Source: Selenomonadales bacterium (GTDB taxonomy: Bacteria; Bacillota; UBA994). From it: a DNA stretch of 64,000 bases. Below the pieces are notes generated by a model, which worked only from the letters and a program-made list of their open reading frames with translations, searched no databases and was not told the origin of the DNA. The stretch is from positions 25,189 to 89,188 of the forward strand of contig JAGXRZ010000053.1 in NCBI GenBank assembly GCA_018335585.1, given 5' to 3'. A program made the translations under genes and the position numbers. Shown here piece by piece: positions 1 to 9,566 of this stretch; position 1 is the first letter of the stretch; every line of letters begins with the position of its first letter.

Positions 1-270
1 GAAGAGTTCTCTCTTAGCTGACAAGTATTCTGCCGTTTTGTCCATCATCCCCGAAGGGCCAAGGCGTTGCCAGTCTGCCTCATTCGCTGGTATATGTGCA
101 GACTGCGCAATCGCCAGTAGTAGCTTGGTCAGGGCAATTTTCTGGACAGGATTTCCCCCCAGAGCAGATAGTTGATGGTCGCTGAAAATTGCGCCAAGGC
201 TTACTAGGCCCTTCCCTACAACAGGGACCCATGGCTCATCCACCAGATTAAACCTCTGCGATAAGGGCAT
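1..270 (-). CDS. cse1: Cse1/Cas8e (CasA) large subunit of type I-E Cascade, N-terminal part only; the gene continues beyond the window start
   Basis: Reverse-strand translation from ATG ~268-270 gives MPLSQRFNLVDEPWVPVVGKGLVSLGAIF...LTKLLLAIAQ, which resembles the CasA N-terminus (nLLidnWiPv...ALalLvcigQ). It lies immediately downstream of cas3 on the same strand, which is the type I-E gene order. Confidence 0.6.
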   Translation of the reverse strand, partial: MPLSQRFNLVDEPWVPVVGKGLVSLGAIFSDHQLSALGGNPVQKIALTKLLLAIAQSAHIPANEADWQRLGPSGMMDKTAEYLSAKRELF

Positions 271-271
271 C

Positions 272-2851
272 TTAATTTCCTCCTCTCTTCTTAACGCCAT
301 ATCCCAAACACGAATCATAGCTTAACTCGAAATCCTCGTTGGCAATTGAACCGTCTATCCCTCGCACCTCGTCGCTCTCGAGCACCATTGCCGCCCGAAA
401 GGGGCTTTCCTCGTGGTCCCCCAGATACACGTAATCCCTTAGCCAGGAAATAGGTTTTGTTAAGACAGCAGGGGCATGATAGGCCGGAACAGTCACCGTG
501 TTTTTCAGCAAGACTGCGGCGATCCTGCGCCGCTCAGCCGGACTAGGGGATTGCGGCAGCATCAGCTCGGAGTTGTCCAAGAAACGTACTATTACTCCGT
601 TTTCCACGTTCACCTGCTTCTTCATCAACAGGACTTCCACTGACTCCATCTCCGAGTACCTGGTAGTGGCTTGGCTCTCCGGCAGTGTCTTCCCCCCCCT
701 CGATACACCGTACAGGGCCAGCCGAGACAGTTTGTCGCGCTCTTGCTCCACTAGGTGCTTGCTACGCGCCATGTCCCCAGTTTCGGTACGATCTTGGTAA
801 GTGGCCTCTAGTAAAGGTCGAATCCCCCCCGGCAACCTGACAATCTGCACATCCTGCCATACCTCAAGTGTCCGACACAGAACATAGGGGCTATAAACAG
901 CGGCTGATTTACCTAAGGTGCTGTGATTATCGATTGCCTCATGCAGGAAGGGGGCCAAAACCCATGCCTCACGCCTTGCTGCCTCTGGTCGGATGGAGTC
1001 ATTTTCACGATGCCTCCATAGCCGTCCCAACCGCTGAAACAGCATATCCGTAGGACATAGCCGGCTAACTAGGAAGTCAGCGTCGATATCCAGTGACTGC
1101 TCCAATACTTGGGTGCCTACCAAGATCCGCCCCTTCGCTTGCCGCAAGCTGTGTCCTTCCTTGCCGAAAAGACTGACCCACCTCCCCTCGTTTGCCTGTC
1201 GGTCTGTTTTGAGGAAGCGGGAGTGCAAGAGCCCGCATTCGAGCTGCAGCTCCACTGCCTTGGCTGCCAAGCCGCGATATCTCTGCTGGGCTTCGTCTAC
1301 GGTGTTCTCAATCCAGAGAACCTGTTCGCCTCTATCGGCCCGCAACAGAGCCTCATCAACGGCATCGTCGTCGCTATTGACAATGCGCACGTTTACCTCG
1401 GCATCCTCTAATTGTTCTACCCCTTGTTCCTGGATCTCCCCACCTGCCGGGCAACTAGTAATAAGGGGATAGGGGGAAATGGCCTCCTCTTGCTCGTTGC
1501 CCTTAGATGACACGCCGAGAATATTGCGCCTCTGATTATCTGTCAGGGTTGCGCTCAGGATAATGACCGTACAGTGCAGTGCTCGAAGCGAGCCGACCAG
1601 CTCTTTGAGAATGGTACCGGTATAGCTGTCATAGCTATGTACCTCATCGAGGATGACAACCTTCCCTGCCAGGCCAAAGGCCCTGACAAAACCATGCTTT
1701 ACATTCATCACAGCCATTAGAGCCTGATCTACGGTACCCACGGCAAAGGGAGCCAGAAGCCCGCGCTTGGAGCTGTTAAACCAGGACCGACCCGGAGCAC
1801 CGTCTTCACCCAGCTCCGTGTCCCGCAGCCACGCTAATCCATGCAACAACAGCGAGCGTCGGTTAGGGTCTTCCTCGTCCAAGATGCTGCTCAAAAAGCT
1901 ATTCATCCTGTCGTAGACCTTGTCTGAGGTTAGTTGAGTCGGGAGTGCGAAATACACCCCTGTTGCCCGCCCGCTCTCTAATGCCTTATAGGCCGCATAA
2001 AGAGCGGCTTCTGTCTTGCCTATTCCCATAGGGGCCTCTAAAACATAGACCCCCCAGTCATTTACCCGCTCTGCAAACCGCCTCTGGACATCGCGCGGAG
2101 CAAACCCACCCATGGATTCAAAGACTCTCTCAAAAGTAAGACCGCGGCGAACCCTAGGCGTGACAAAGCCTGCCTTAGTGACAGCTTCGGAAATGCGTTT
2201 CTGCACTGAATGGCGATCCCCGTGCACCCATGTCTCTGCATCATCGAATAGGGCGCCGGAACCAATCCAATCCGCCACACTGGTTAACCCCGCAAGGATA
2301 TCTGAATGAAGAGAGGTTGGTATGATGGGCCAATCCACATTCAAAGACTGCCTCAGGTTATCCAGTAGCTCTATGCGCTGTTTCTGCCAGGCAGGTCCAC
2401 CATACACTTCTGCATCAGGCTGGTGTGTATTGTGTGGAGTGTAGCCGTGATGCCTTCCCACAATCTCTGAGATATATCCTGGACACTGAGAGGTAGCTGC
2501 CTGGCTAACAGCAAAATGGTAGCCTATCTCCTTATCCCGAGCAGGCTGTGTGAACCCGAGTACCAGCCCGATCTCCCGGTGGATCTTCTCCTGAAATGCC
2601 GGACTGACTTTGCCCACATCGTGTGCCGCGGCAACCAGTTCGCTGCCTAGGGGGAAGAGGCTTTCCCTAAGGCGCGCAGGCAAACGAGATAATAGCTCGC
2701 GTGCAACTAGGCCTACCACTCGGCAATGCGTTTCCACAGATGCGCCCGGCCTGTTATCTAGCCCCTGACGAACAGTCTTTGCCAGGCACTTACTGAGAGG
2801 CAAAACGCTGATTTTGGAAGGCCCCGGCTGCTTGTTTCTAGGCTTCAACAT
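272..2851 (-). CDS. cas3: Cas3 CRISPR-associated nuclease/helicase (N-terminal HD domain + DExH helicase)
   Basis: 859-aa ORF. HD motifs (H...HDVGK), helicase motif I APMGIGKTEAAL, motif II VILDEVHSYD, and a C-terminal Cas3 domain. Confidence 0.85.
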   Translation of the reverse strand: MLKPRNKQPGPSKISVLPLSKCLAKTVRQGLDNRPGASVETHCRVVGLVARELLSRLPARLRESLFPLGSELVAAAHDVGKVSPAFQEKIHREIGLVLGFTQPARDKEIGYHFAVSQAATSQCPGYISEIVGRHHGYTPHNTHQPDAEVYGGPAWQKQRIELLDNLRQSLNVDWPIIPTSLHSDILAGLTSVADWIGSGALFDDAETWVHGDRHSVQKRISEAVTKAGFVTPRVRRGLTFERVFESMGGFAPRDVQRRFAERVNDWGVYVLEAPMGIGKTEAALYAAYKALESGRATGVYFALPTQLTSDKVYDRMNSFLSSILDEEDPNRRSLLLHGLAWLRDTELGEDGAPGRSWFNSSKRGLLAPFAVGTVDQALMAVMNVKHGFVRAFGLAGKVVILDEVHSYDSYTGTILKELVGSLRALHCTVIILSATLTDNQRRNILGVSSKGNEQEEAISPYPLITSCPAGGEIQEQGVEQLEDAEVNVRIVNSDDDAVDEALLRADRGEQVLWIENTVDEAQQRYRGLAAKAVELQLECGLLHSRFLKTDRQANEGRWVSLFGKEGHSLRQAKGRILVGTQVLEQSLDIDADFLVSRLCPTDMLFQRLGRLWRHRENDSIRPEAARREAWVLAPFLHEAIDNHSTLGKSAAVYSPYVLCRTLEVWQDVQIVRLPGGIRPLLEATYQDRTETGDMARSKHLVEQERDKLSRLALYGVSRGGKTLPESQATTRYSEMESVEVLLMKKQVNVENGVIVRFLDNSELMLPQSPSPAERRRIAAVLLKNTVTVPAYHAPAVLTKPISWLRDYVYLGDHEESPFRAAMVLESDEVRGIDGSIANEDFELSYDSCLGYGVKKRGGN

Positions 2852-3699
2852 GCTGGTCTCCTCCCATTCATTCCTGTCGCTCTAACTCCACGACAAACCG
2901 TACTCAGGTCCCCAGCGAATATGGCGTGTCATGATGCAGTCTGCCATGGGCAGGATCGCCATGACGCGAAGTGAATGTTGGGTTGCGCAGTCCTATTTGA
3001 ATTCTACATATGGTATATATTTCATCATTGATCATCAACATCCTGCTCAAAATCCTGCTCACTTTTGATAAAAGCAATGTCAACGTTGACATGAATGTTG
3101 GGGTTGCTGGCTGTGTTAATGGCGCTCTCTAGCTTTGGCCTGTCCAAAAACTAGTGCCGGACCCATTGACTGAACGTCGGCAAGTCAAAAATGAAAAGAA
3201 CTGCCGCCGCAGTCACCCTTAAGCTGTACTCTATGCTCCAGGAGGCGGTTGACCGTGAGTGATCGACTGCGAGAGCTATGCCGCCAAATGCGACTGGGGA
3301 ATCTGGCTATGCTTATTTAACCAAGTAGAGTATGCCGACAAAAAGCAGCACCTTACTGAGCTTCTGGAGATAGCTCACTAATGGCCGCTGACACTGCCCG
3401 TCCGCCCTTTGAAAAGCAAAATTGTTCATGCCGTCCTAGATCCACAAGGGCGGGAACAAGCAATTCCATTTGCATGCCTCGTTTTTTCTTCGCTCGCCGT
3501 TCATAGGCGGCCTGCTTCTCTCAACGCTCCTGTTCGTACTCTATCACTTCCCCAGTGATAGTAGATGCACTCAAAGAAATGACCTAGAGCAGCAGTTGAT
3601 CGCTACATCGTGGGTCGCTGCAGCGTGTTTCATAGACTAGCCACAAGTGGTAAACTACTATCAACAACCCCCTCCACCACATCCCAAAGGAGGCCCGAC

Positions 3700-3912
3700 A
3701 TGCTACCCCAAGCCAAATTAGATCGCCTTAACGCACAGGCGCAAAAGCAAAAGGAAGGCCAGCTCACCCCGGCGGAACAAAACGAGCAGAAGCTTTTACG
3801 CGCGGAGTATATACAGAGTTTTCGCAGCCGAGTCGCGGCCGACCTTGAGGCACAGGGCATGGAGCAGAAGCCTGCGCAGGGCTGTGCCTGCGGCTGCCGG
3901 CATAAGCACTGA
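3700..3912 (+). CDS. DUF896/UPF0291 (YnzC-like) small protein with a Cys-rich C-terminal tail
   Basis: SD AAAGGAGG 6 nt before ATG 3700. MLPQAKLDRLNAQAQKQKEGQLTPAEQNEQKLLRAEYIQSFRS matches the YnzC family pattern. The ORF-track entry 3610..3912 is an N-terminal over-extension. Confidence 0.55.
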   Translation: MLPQAKLDRLNAQAQKQKEGQLTPAEQNEQKLLRAEYIQSFRSRVAADLEAQGMEQKPAQGCACGCRHKH

Positions 3913-3992
3913 GCAAGCTGCGCTTTCGGCTGGCAATAAGCGTCTTTGCGGCAGGAGTGGCTGCTCTGCGCAAGCAGAGCGGCCTATTGATG

Positions 3993-4105
3993 TTTGTGGC
4001 TTGTGGCTTGTCGCTTGTCGCTTGTGGCTTGCGGCTTGCGGCTTGTCGCTCAAAGCTCACCGCTCACCGCTCACAGCTCCGTTCACACTCAGTTCACATT
4101 CACCT
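3993..4105. repeat. Composite heptanucleotide tandem-repeat array (locus A): (GGCTTGT)x7, (CGCTCAC)x3, GTTCACA units
   Basis: Direct reading: gtggcttgtggcttgtcgcttgtcgcttgtggcttgcggcttgcggcttgtcgct caaagctcaccgctcaccgctcacagctc cgttcacactcagttcacattcacc. Confidence 0.9.
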
Positions 4106-4154
4106 GATAAGCTACTAGCACCGAAGCGCACGCGGCCCATACGACAGTCTGGGG

Positions 4155-4838
4155 GTGAGTGAGATGGCTAAAATTCTCTTGGTAGACGACAACGCCAACA
4201 TACGCAAACTAATGGAGATCTACCTGGTGCGCGAGGGCTTTTTAGTCTTTCATGCCGAGCACGGCAAAGAGGCGCTAGACCTCCTAGCGCGCCAGCACAT
4301 CGATTTGATTGTGGCCGACATTATGATGCCGGAGATGGACGGTTTCGAGCTAACGGCTGCGCTGCGCGGCGCGGGTTTCACCGTGCCCATTCTTATGGTT
4401 ACAGCCAAAAACACCTGGCCGGACAAGCGACAGGGGTTTCAGAGCGGGGCGGACGACTACCTGACCAAGCCTGTCGATATGGAGGAGCTGGTCTTAAGAG
4501 TGCGAGCGCTCCTTCGCCGGGCGAGAATCAGCAGCGAACAGCAGCTGCGCATCGGCGACATCGTCCTCGACGCCGAGACGTTGGCGCTGCGCCACAACGG
4601 ACAGGAGCACACTCTGCCGCGCAAGGAGTTCCAAGTGCTCTTTAAGCTTTTGTCTAGCCCCGGCAAAATCTTCACCCGCCAGGAGCTGCTCGACGAGTTT
4701 TGGGGGCTCGACAGCGAAGTGGACGAGCGCACGGTCGATGTGCACATTAAGCGCCTGCGCGACAGGCTTGCCGATGTGAGCGAGTTTGAGATTGTCACCG
4801 TGCGGGGGCTTGGCTACAAAGCTATGCGGCGCGCATGA
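4155..4838 (+). CDS. OmpR-family two-component response regulator
   Basis: KILLVDDNANIRKL receiver domain; C-terminal winged helix (RTVDVHIKRLRDRL). Confidence 0.9.
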   Translation: MSEMAKILLVDDNANIRKLMEIYLVREGFLVFHAEHGKEALDLLARQHIDLIVADIMMPEMDGFELTAALRGAGFTVPILMVTAKNTWPDKRQGFQSGADDYLTKPVDMEELVLRVRALLRRARISSEQQLRIGDIVLDAETLALRHNGQEHTLPRKEFQVLFKLLSSPGKIFTRQELLDEFWGLDSEVDERTVDVHIKRLRDRLADVSEFEIVTVRGLGYKAMRRA

Positions 4839-6172
4839 TCAGGCGCTCAATTTATCTGCAGCTGGTGGCGATGCTTATCGGTATAGTTTTTATCAGTAAT
4901 GTGGTCGTCATGTTTACGTTTGTCGTTACCACCGAGCGCGGCATGCTCGCCGAAATGGAGGATGCCCTGTCCGAACTGACGACGCAACTGCGGAACCTGC
5001 ATGCGGCCGGCGCACTTCCTGCCGAACGCATTCCGCCGATGCTGCAGACTGGCTATTTTCGCGCCAGTGTCTACAGCAATCTAGACGAGGTGCGCGCGGC
5101 CAAGCTCGTGCGCCATTTCTTTAGGCCGGAAGACCTAGACCAGCTCGCAGCAGTCGGCGAGGTGCGAAGTTCCATCTATAACCGCATGACCTTCCGCCTG
5201 CCTGCCACCATTATGCGCTTAACCGGTACAGAGGGTGAAAGCTATCTCTTCGTGCATCCTAACTTAGGGAAGCTAGCGGCTAACTTTCGCCCGGTTATCA
5301 TTAGGATGAACTTCGTCTCATTGATTGTCGGCTCAATCATGGTGCTCATAGCCGCTAAATACATCGTGCGCCCTGTAAAAGAGCTTAGCGAAGCGACTAA
5401 GCAAGTGTCCCAAGGCAACTTCGAAGTGAACATCAAGACAAAGCGCCGCGATGAGCTAGGGCAGCTCGTAGCCGGGTTTAACGCCATGGCCAAGGCACTG
5501 CGCGGCATAGAGATTTTACGCAGCGACTTTATAGCCGCCATTTCGCATGAGTTTCGCACGCCTCTCACCTCTATTAAAGGCTTTGCCAAGCTTATCGGAG
5601 AAACAGAGAGCAAAGAACTGCGGCAGGAATACGCGGCTATTGTCGCCGACGAAACCGACCGCCTCGCCGCTCTTGCCAGCAGCATTCTGCAGATGAGCGA
5701 GCTAGAAAGCGGCGTGGGAGACTTCGCGCGGCAGTCGTTTCGGCTCGACGAGCAGCTGCGCCAGGTAGTTGTGCTGCTTGAGCCGCAGTGGAGCAAAAAG
5801 AACTTAGACTTGGCGGTAGACCTTGCCGCCGTAGATTACTGCGCAAACAAAGACCTGCTCTTTCAGGTCTGGCTAAATATCTTAGATAACGCCATTAAGT
5901 TCTCGCCCAACGCAGGCCGCGTGGAAGTTGTGCTAACCGCAGACAAAAACGCCGTCGCCTGTGTCATTAGGGACTTTGGCCCCGGCATCAAGAGCGAGAA
6001 CCAGCGCCGCGTCTTCGAGAAGTTCTACAAAGGCGATAAGGCGCGCGGGAGCCCGGGCAGCGGCCTGGGGCTATCGATAGCCAAACGCATCGTGGAGCTA
6101 CATCAAGGCGAGGTGTCTCTAAGTAGCGCGCCCGAGCGCGGCACAACTGTCACAGTAACGCTGCCCCTTTAG
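4835..6172 (+). CDS. Sensor histidine kinase (TM-HAMP-HisKA-HATPase)
   Basis: H-box ISHEFRTPL; N, G1 and G2 boxes (DNAIKFS, DFGPGI, GSGLGLSI). Overlaps the response regulator by 4 bp. Confidence 0.9.
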   Translation: MIRRSIYLQLVAMLIGIVFISNVVVMFTFVVTTERGMLAEMEDALSELTTQLRNLHAAGALPAERIPPMLQTGYFRASVYSNLDEVRAAKLVRHFFRPEDLDQLAAVGEVRSSIYNRMTFRLPATIMRLTGTEGESYLFVHPNLGKLAANFRPVIIRMNFVSLIVGSIMVLIAAKYIVRPVKELSEATKQVSQGNFEVNIKTKRRDELGQLVAGFNAMAKALRGIEILRSDFIAAISHEFRTPLTSIKGFAKLIGETESKELRQEYAAIVADETDRLAALASSILQMSELESGVGDFARQSFRLDEQLRQVVVLLEPQWSKKNLDLAVDLAAVDYCANKDLLFQVWLNILDNAIKFSPNAGRVEVVLTADKNAVACVIRDFGPGIKSENQRRVFEKFYKGDKARGSPGSGLGLSIAKRIVELHQGEVSLSSAPERGTTVTVTLPL

Positions 6173-6203
6173 TTAAGCGCCCAGAACGTCAGGAGGTTAT
6201 GTC

Positions 6204-9200
6204 ATGTCCTTACCCGCATTCGCCACATCGCGCCGCATCACGGTGTTGATGCTTGTCCTCATTACGGTAGTTATCGGCGTGATGTCTTACACGCGTACAC
6301 CCGTAGACTTGTTGCCTAACATGAACTTCCCCATGGCCGCCGTCCTCGTCTCCTTCCCCGGGGCTGCGCCGCAAGAGGTAGAAACACTTGTGACGAGGCC
6401 GCTCGAAGGGACGTTAGCGACCGTCAGCAACATTCGCGAAGTGTCCTCCACTTCGTCTGCCGGGCAGGCGACCATACTCCTGTCGTTTAACTGGGGCACT
6501 AATATGGACTTTGCCGCGCTGGAAATGCGCGAGAAGATTGACCTCATGCGTCGCCTGCTGCCGGCCGAAGTTGGCGCACCGACGGTAATGAAGTTTGACC
6601 CTTCGCTTATGCCAATAATGGCGGTTGACTTTGGTTCCGACACCCGCACCGGAGCAGAACTGCGCGACCTCGCCGATAGGGTGCTGGCTTCGCGCCTCGA
6701 ACGCGTCGCGGGAGTGGCCTCGGTCTCCGTTAGCGGCGGTCAGCAGACGGGCATAGAGGTGCGCCTAGACCCTGCTAAGCTCGAAGCGATGGGTATAACG
6801 CTCGCGCAAGTTACCGGGGCGCTCCGCACCGCGAGTCTAAACCTCCCCGGCGGCACCCTCAGCGTCGAGGGGCAAGAGTACCTAATCCGCAGCGTAGGGC
6901 AATTAACTTCTTTGAGTGAGATAGAAGACCTAATCGTAGGGATGCGCACCATCCGAACAGTGCGCACGGTTCCTGCGGCAACCGCGCTGACCATGCCGCA
7001 ACTTCCGCCCGGTTTGGTTATCCCGGGCCTGCCTGCGACCCCTTCGCCTACGCCGCAACAACAGGTTACTACCACAACCGAGCCTGTATACTTGCGGCAA
7101 GTCGGCACGGTGGCCGAGGTAAACGTATTAGGCAATACGGTCACGTTGCTCAACCGGTTGCCGAGCGTTTCCATTAGGCTGCACAAGCAGTCTGATGCTA
7201 ACACCGTCTTGGTGGCCAACCTAGTGCATGCCGAGCTCGAACAGCTGCGCGCGGATTTTGCCGACCTTACTATAGTCCCCACGCAAGACCAAAGCCGCTT
7301 TATTGAGGCGGCCATCAGTGCGGTAGGGCAGAACGCGGCCTATGGCGGCCTGCTGGCTGTGCTAGTTCTCCTCGTCTTCCTAAAGAGCGTTGCCCCAACC
7401 TTAGTAATTGCCATTGCCGTGCCGGTATCCGTTGTCGCTACCTTTGCGCTGGTCTACTTTGGCAACCTAACCATTAACATGATGACTCTCATGGGGCTAG
7501 CCCTAGGCATTGGCATGTTGGTCGACAACTCCATCGTAGTCTTAGAGAATATCTATCGTTACCAAGAAGAAGGCGCCGACCGCCTCACCGCTGCGCGCAA
7601 AGGCACCGAGGAAGTGGCCATGGCGATTACCGCCTCTACACTTACCACGGTGGCCGTCTTTCTGCCCGTGGCCTTTGTGGGCGGCATTACCGGCATGATG
7701 TTTAGGGAACTTGCTCTGACGGTGAGCTTTTCGCTCTTGTCGAGTCTTGCCGTCGCCCTAATAGTAGTGCCGGTTCTCTCGGCTACCATATTAAGGACAA
7801 GGCCGAGTCGGGCCGCGACAGGACAACGCCGCCTGAACCAGTACCAGGCGTCGCTAAAGTGGGCGCTCGGGCACAAGGCAGTAGTGGCGCTACTTACTTT
7901 GGCTTTGCTCGGGGGGAGCCTCCTCACCTTCGGTCGCATCGGCGGCGAGTTTATCCCCACTATGGATCAAGGTGAACTCAGCGTCACGGTGACGTTGCCC
8001 GCAGGCAGCGCCGTAAGCGAGACACAGGAAGTCGCTACCGTTGTCTTAGACGATTTGTTGGCGCGCCCCGAGGTCGGTTCGGTGTCGACGAGTATCGGCG
8101 GGGCAGGCGGCGGGCGCATGATGGGCATGGCCGCCGGACGCGCAAATCGCGCCACAATGACGGTGGTGCTTAAGACGGGTTACCGCAGTGCCGATATCGC
8201 CGCAGAGATAAACGCCAAGTATGCCGACTTCGCGGACGGCACCGTGCGCGCTTCAGCCGCGGCAGGCATGGGCGGGGGAGGGGGCATGGGTCTTGGCGGC
8301 AGCACTTCCGTTGTCGTTAACCTGTCCGGGCCTACTCTCGCCGGGCTAAGGCAGTACGCCGACCAAATTAAGGAGGCAGCCGCAACAATCGAAGGCATTA
8401 CGGAAGTGCGCGATAACGCCGGCGTCGGCGCGAACGAGCTGGTGGTGCGCGTAGACAGAGAGAAGGCGGCGCGCCTCGGTTTGGCTCCGACTGCGATAGC
8501 CGGTGCCGTGCGCACGGCGTTCCAGGGCGAGAACGTCTCCCGCGTCTCGCGTGACGGGCGCGAAATCGACGTCAACGTCAGCCTAATAGACTCCGCTCGC
8601 CAAAGCATAGCAGACCTCGAAAACCTAATTGTGGCCGCACGCGAGGGGCAGGTCGTTAGGCTTAGCCAAGTGGCATCTGTTGAACAGGCTGTCGGGCCGG
8701 CTTCGATTAACAGGCGGGCTAACCAGCGCTACGTCGCGATTACGGCTACCGTTGAAGGGCGCGACCTGCGGAGCGTGACGCGCGATTTGCAGGAAAGGCT
8801 CGACGCCTTAGAGCTCCCGGTGGATTACCGCGCCGAACTCGCGGGTGATGCGCTCGAGATGAACGAAGCCTTCAGCGGCCTAATTACCGCGCTAATCCTC
8901 GCTGTAGTGCTGGTGTATATGGTCATGGCCTCCCAGTTTGAGTCGCTGCTGTACCCGTTTATCGTCATGTTTACCATGCCGCTCGCGGTTATCGGCGTGC
9001 TGCTGGCGCTGTTCTTTACCGGCCAAACGTTTAACGTACCCTCGATTATGGGCGTTATCGTGCTGGCGGGGATTGTAGTTAACAACGCCATTGTCTTAGT
9101 CGACTACATTAACCAACTGCGCGCCCGCGGCCGCAGTGTGCACGACGCCATTATCGAGGCGGCGGGGGCAAGGCTTCGCCCCATCCTGATGACCACGACA

Positions 9201-9362
9201 ACTACAATCCTTGCGCTCGTGCCCATGGCTGTTTTAGGCGGTTCTGCCGCAGAGATGCAGCGCCCCCTAAGCATCGCTATTATCGGCGGGCTGACGATGT
9301 CGACGCTGCTTACGCTCTACATTATTCCCTTGGCGTATGACTTAGCGACGTTGAGAGAATAA
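6204..9362 (+). CDS. RND (HAE1/AcrB-family) efflux transporter, SwrC-like; no membrane-fusion protein gene adjacent
   Basis: 1052 aa with AcrB-like N-terminus and 12-TM topology. It contains Pro/Thr-rich and Gly-rich low-complexity insertions in the periplasmic domains. Confidence 0.85.
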   Translation: MSLPAFATSRRITVLMLVLITVVIGVMSYTRTPVDLLPNMNFPMAAVLVSFPGAAPQEVETLVTRPLEGTLATVSNIREVSSTSSAGQATILLSFNWGTNMDFAALEMREKIDLMRRLLPAEVGAPTVMKFDPSLMPIMAVDFGSDTRTGAELRDLADRVLASRLERVAGVASVSVSGGQQTGIEVRLDPAKLEAMGITLAQVTGALRTASLNLPGGTLSVEGQEYLIRSVGQLTSLSEIEDLIVGMRTIRTVRTVPAATALTMPQLPPGLVIPGLPATPSPTPQQQVTTTTEPVYLRQVGTVAEVNVLGNTVTLLNRLPSVSIRLHKQSDANTVLVANLVHAELEQLRADFADLTIVPTQDQSRFIEAAISAVGQNAAYGGLLAVLVLLVFLKSVAPTLVIAIAVPVSVVATFALVYFGNLTINMMTLMGLALGIGMLVDNSIVVLENIYRYQEEGADRLTAARKGTEEVAMAITASTLTTVAVFLPVAFVGGITGMMFRELALTVSFSLLSSLAVALIVVPVLSATILRTRPSRAATGQRRLNQYQASLKWALGHKAVVALLTLALLGGSLLTFGRIGGEFIPTMDQGELSVTVTLPAGSAVSETQEVATVVLDDLLARPEVGSVSTSIGGAGGGRMMGMAAGRANRATMTVVLKTGYRSADIAAEINAKYADFADGTVRASAAAGMGGGGGMGLGGSTSVVVNLSGPTLAGLRQYADQIKEAAATIEGITEVRDNAGVGANELVVRVDREKAARLGLAPTAIAGAVRTAFQGENVSRVSRDGREIDVNVSLIDSARQSIADLENLIVAAREGQVVRLSQVASVEQAVGPASINRRANQRYVAITATVEGRDLRSVTRDLQERLDALELPVDYRAELAGDALEMNEAFSGLITALILAVVLVYMVMASQFESLLYPFIVMFTMPLAVIGVLLALFFTGQTFNVPSIMGVIVLAGIVVNNAIVLVDYINQLRARGRSVHDAIIEAAGARLRPILMTTTTTILALVPMAVLGGSAAEMQRPLSIAIIGGLTMSTLLTLYIIPLAYDLATLRE

Positions 9363-9378
9363 TCTGGGGCTCCTAACG

Positions 9379-9518
9379 GGCTTTGAGCTTTGAGCTGTGA
9401 GCTGTGAGGGAAAAGGTGCAGTGTGTCTCTGTGTTCTCTGTGCCTCTGTGGTGAACAACTCCTCCCCGGTCGTCTCCACGCAGTGCTAAGTGCGAAGTGC
9501 TAAGTGCTAAGTGCTGTG
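9379..9518. repeat. Composite heptanucleotide tandem-repeat array (locus B): CTTTGAG/CTGTGAG, TCTCTGTG, (GTGCTAA)x5
   Basis: ctttgagctttgagctgtgagctgtgag...gtgtgtctctgtgttctctgtgcctctgtg...agtgctaagtgcgaagtgctaagtgctaagtgct. The CTTTGAG/CTGTGAG units are the reverse complement of the CTCAAAG/CTCACAG units at locus C. Confidence 0.9.
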
Positions 9519-9566
9519 GTTAAACCCCGCCCTGCGTGATACAATAGGCAGAGCAAGCTGAAGCGG

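Noticed and set aside
3993-4105. Whether the short-unit repeat blocks (this and the other four loci) could be CRISPR arrays, given the cas3-cse1 genes in the window
   Set aside because: The units are 7 bp and directly abutting, with no unique spacers and no ~29-bp repeat-spacer periodicity. They are microsatellite-like arrays, not CRISPR.
5242-5796. 184-aa antisense ORF inside the histidine kinase gene, and many similar 60-190-aa ORFs antisense to RND, glyA, ntpA, fab, phoR, pst and other genes
   Set aside because: These are typical spurious open frames of a ~60% GC genome. They are Arg/Ala/Ser-rich, have no SD or start context, and are fully embedded in well-supported genes.
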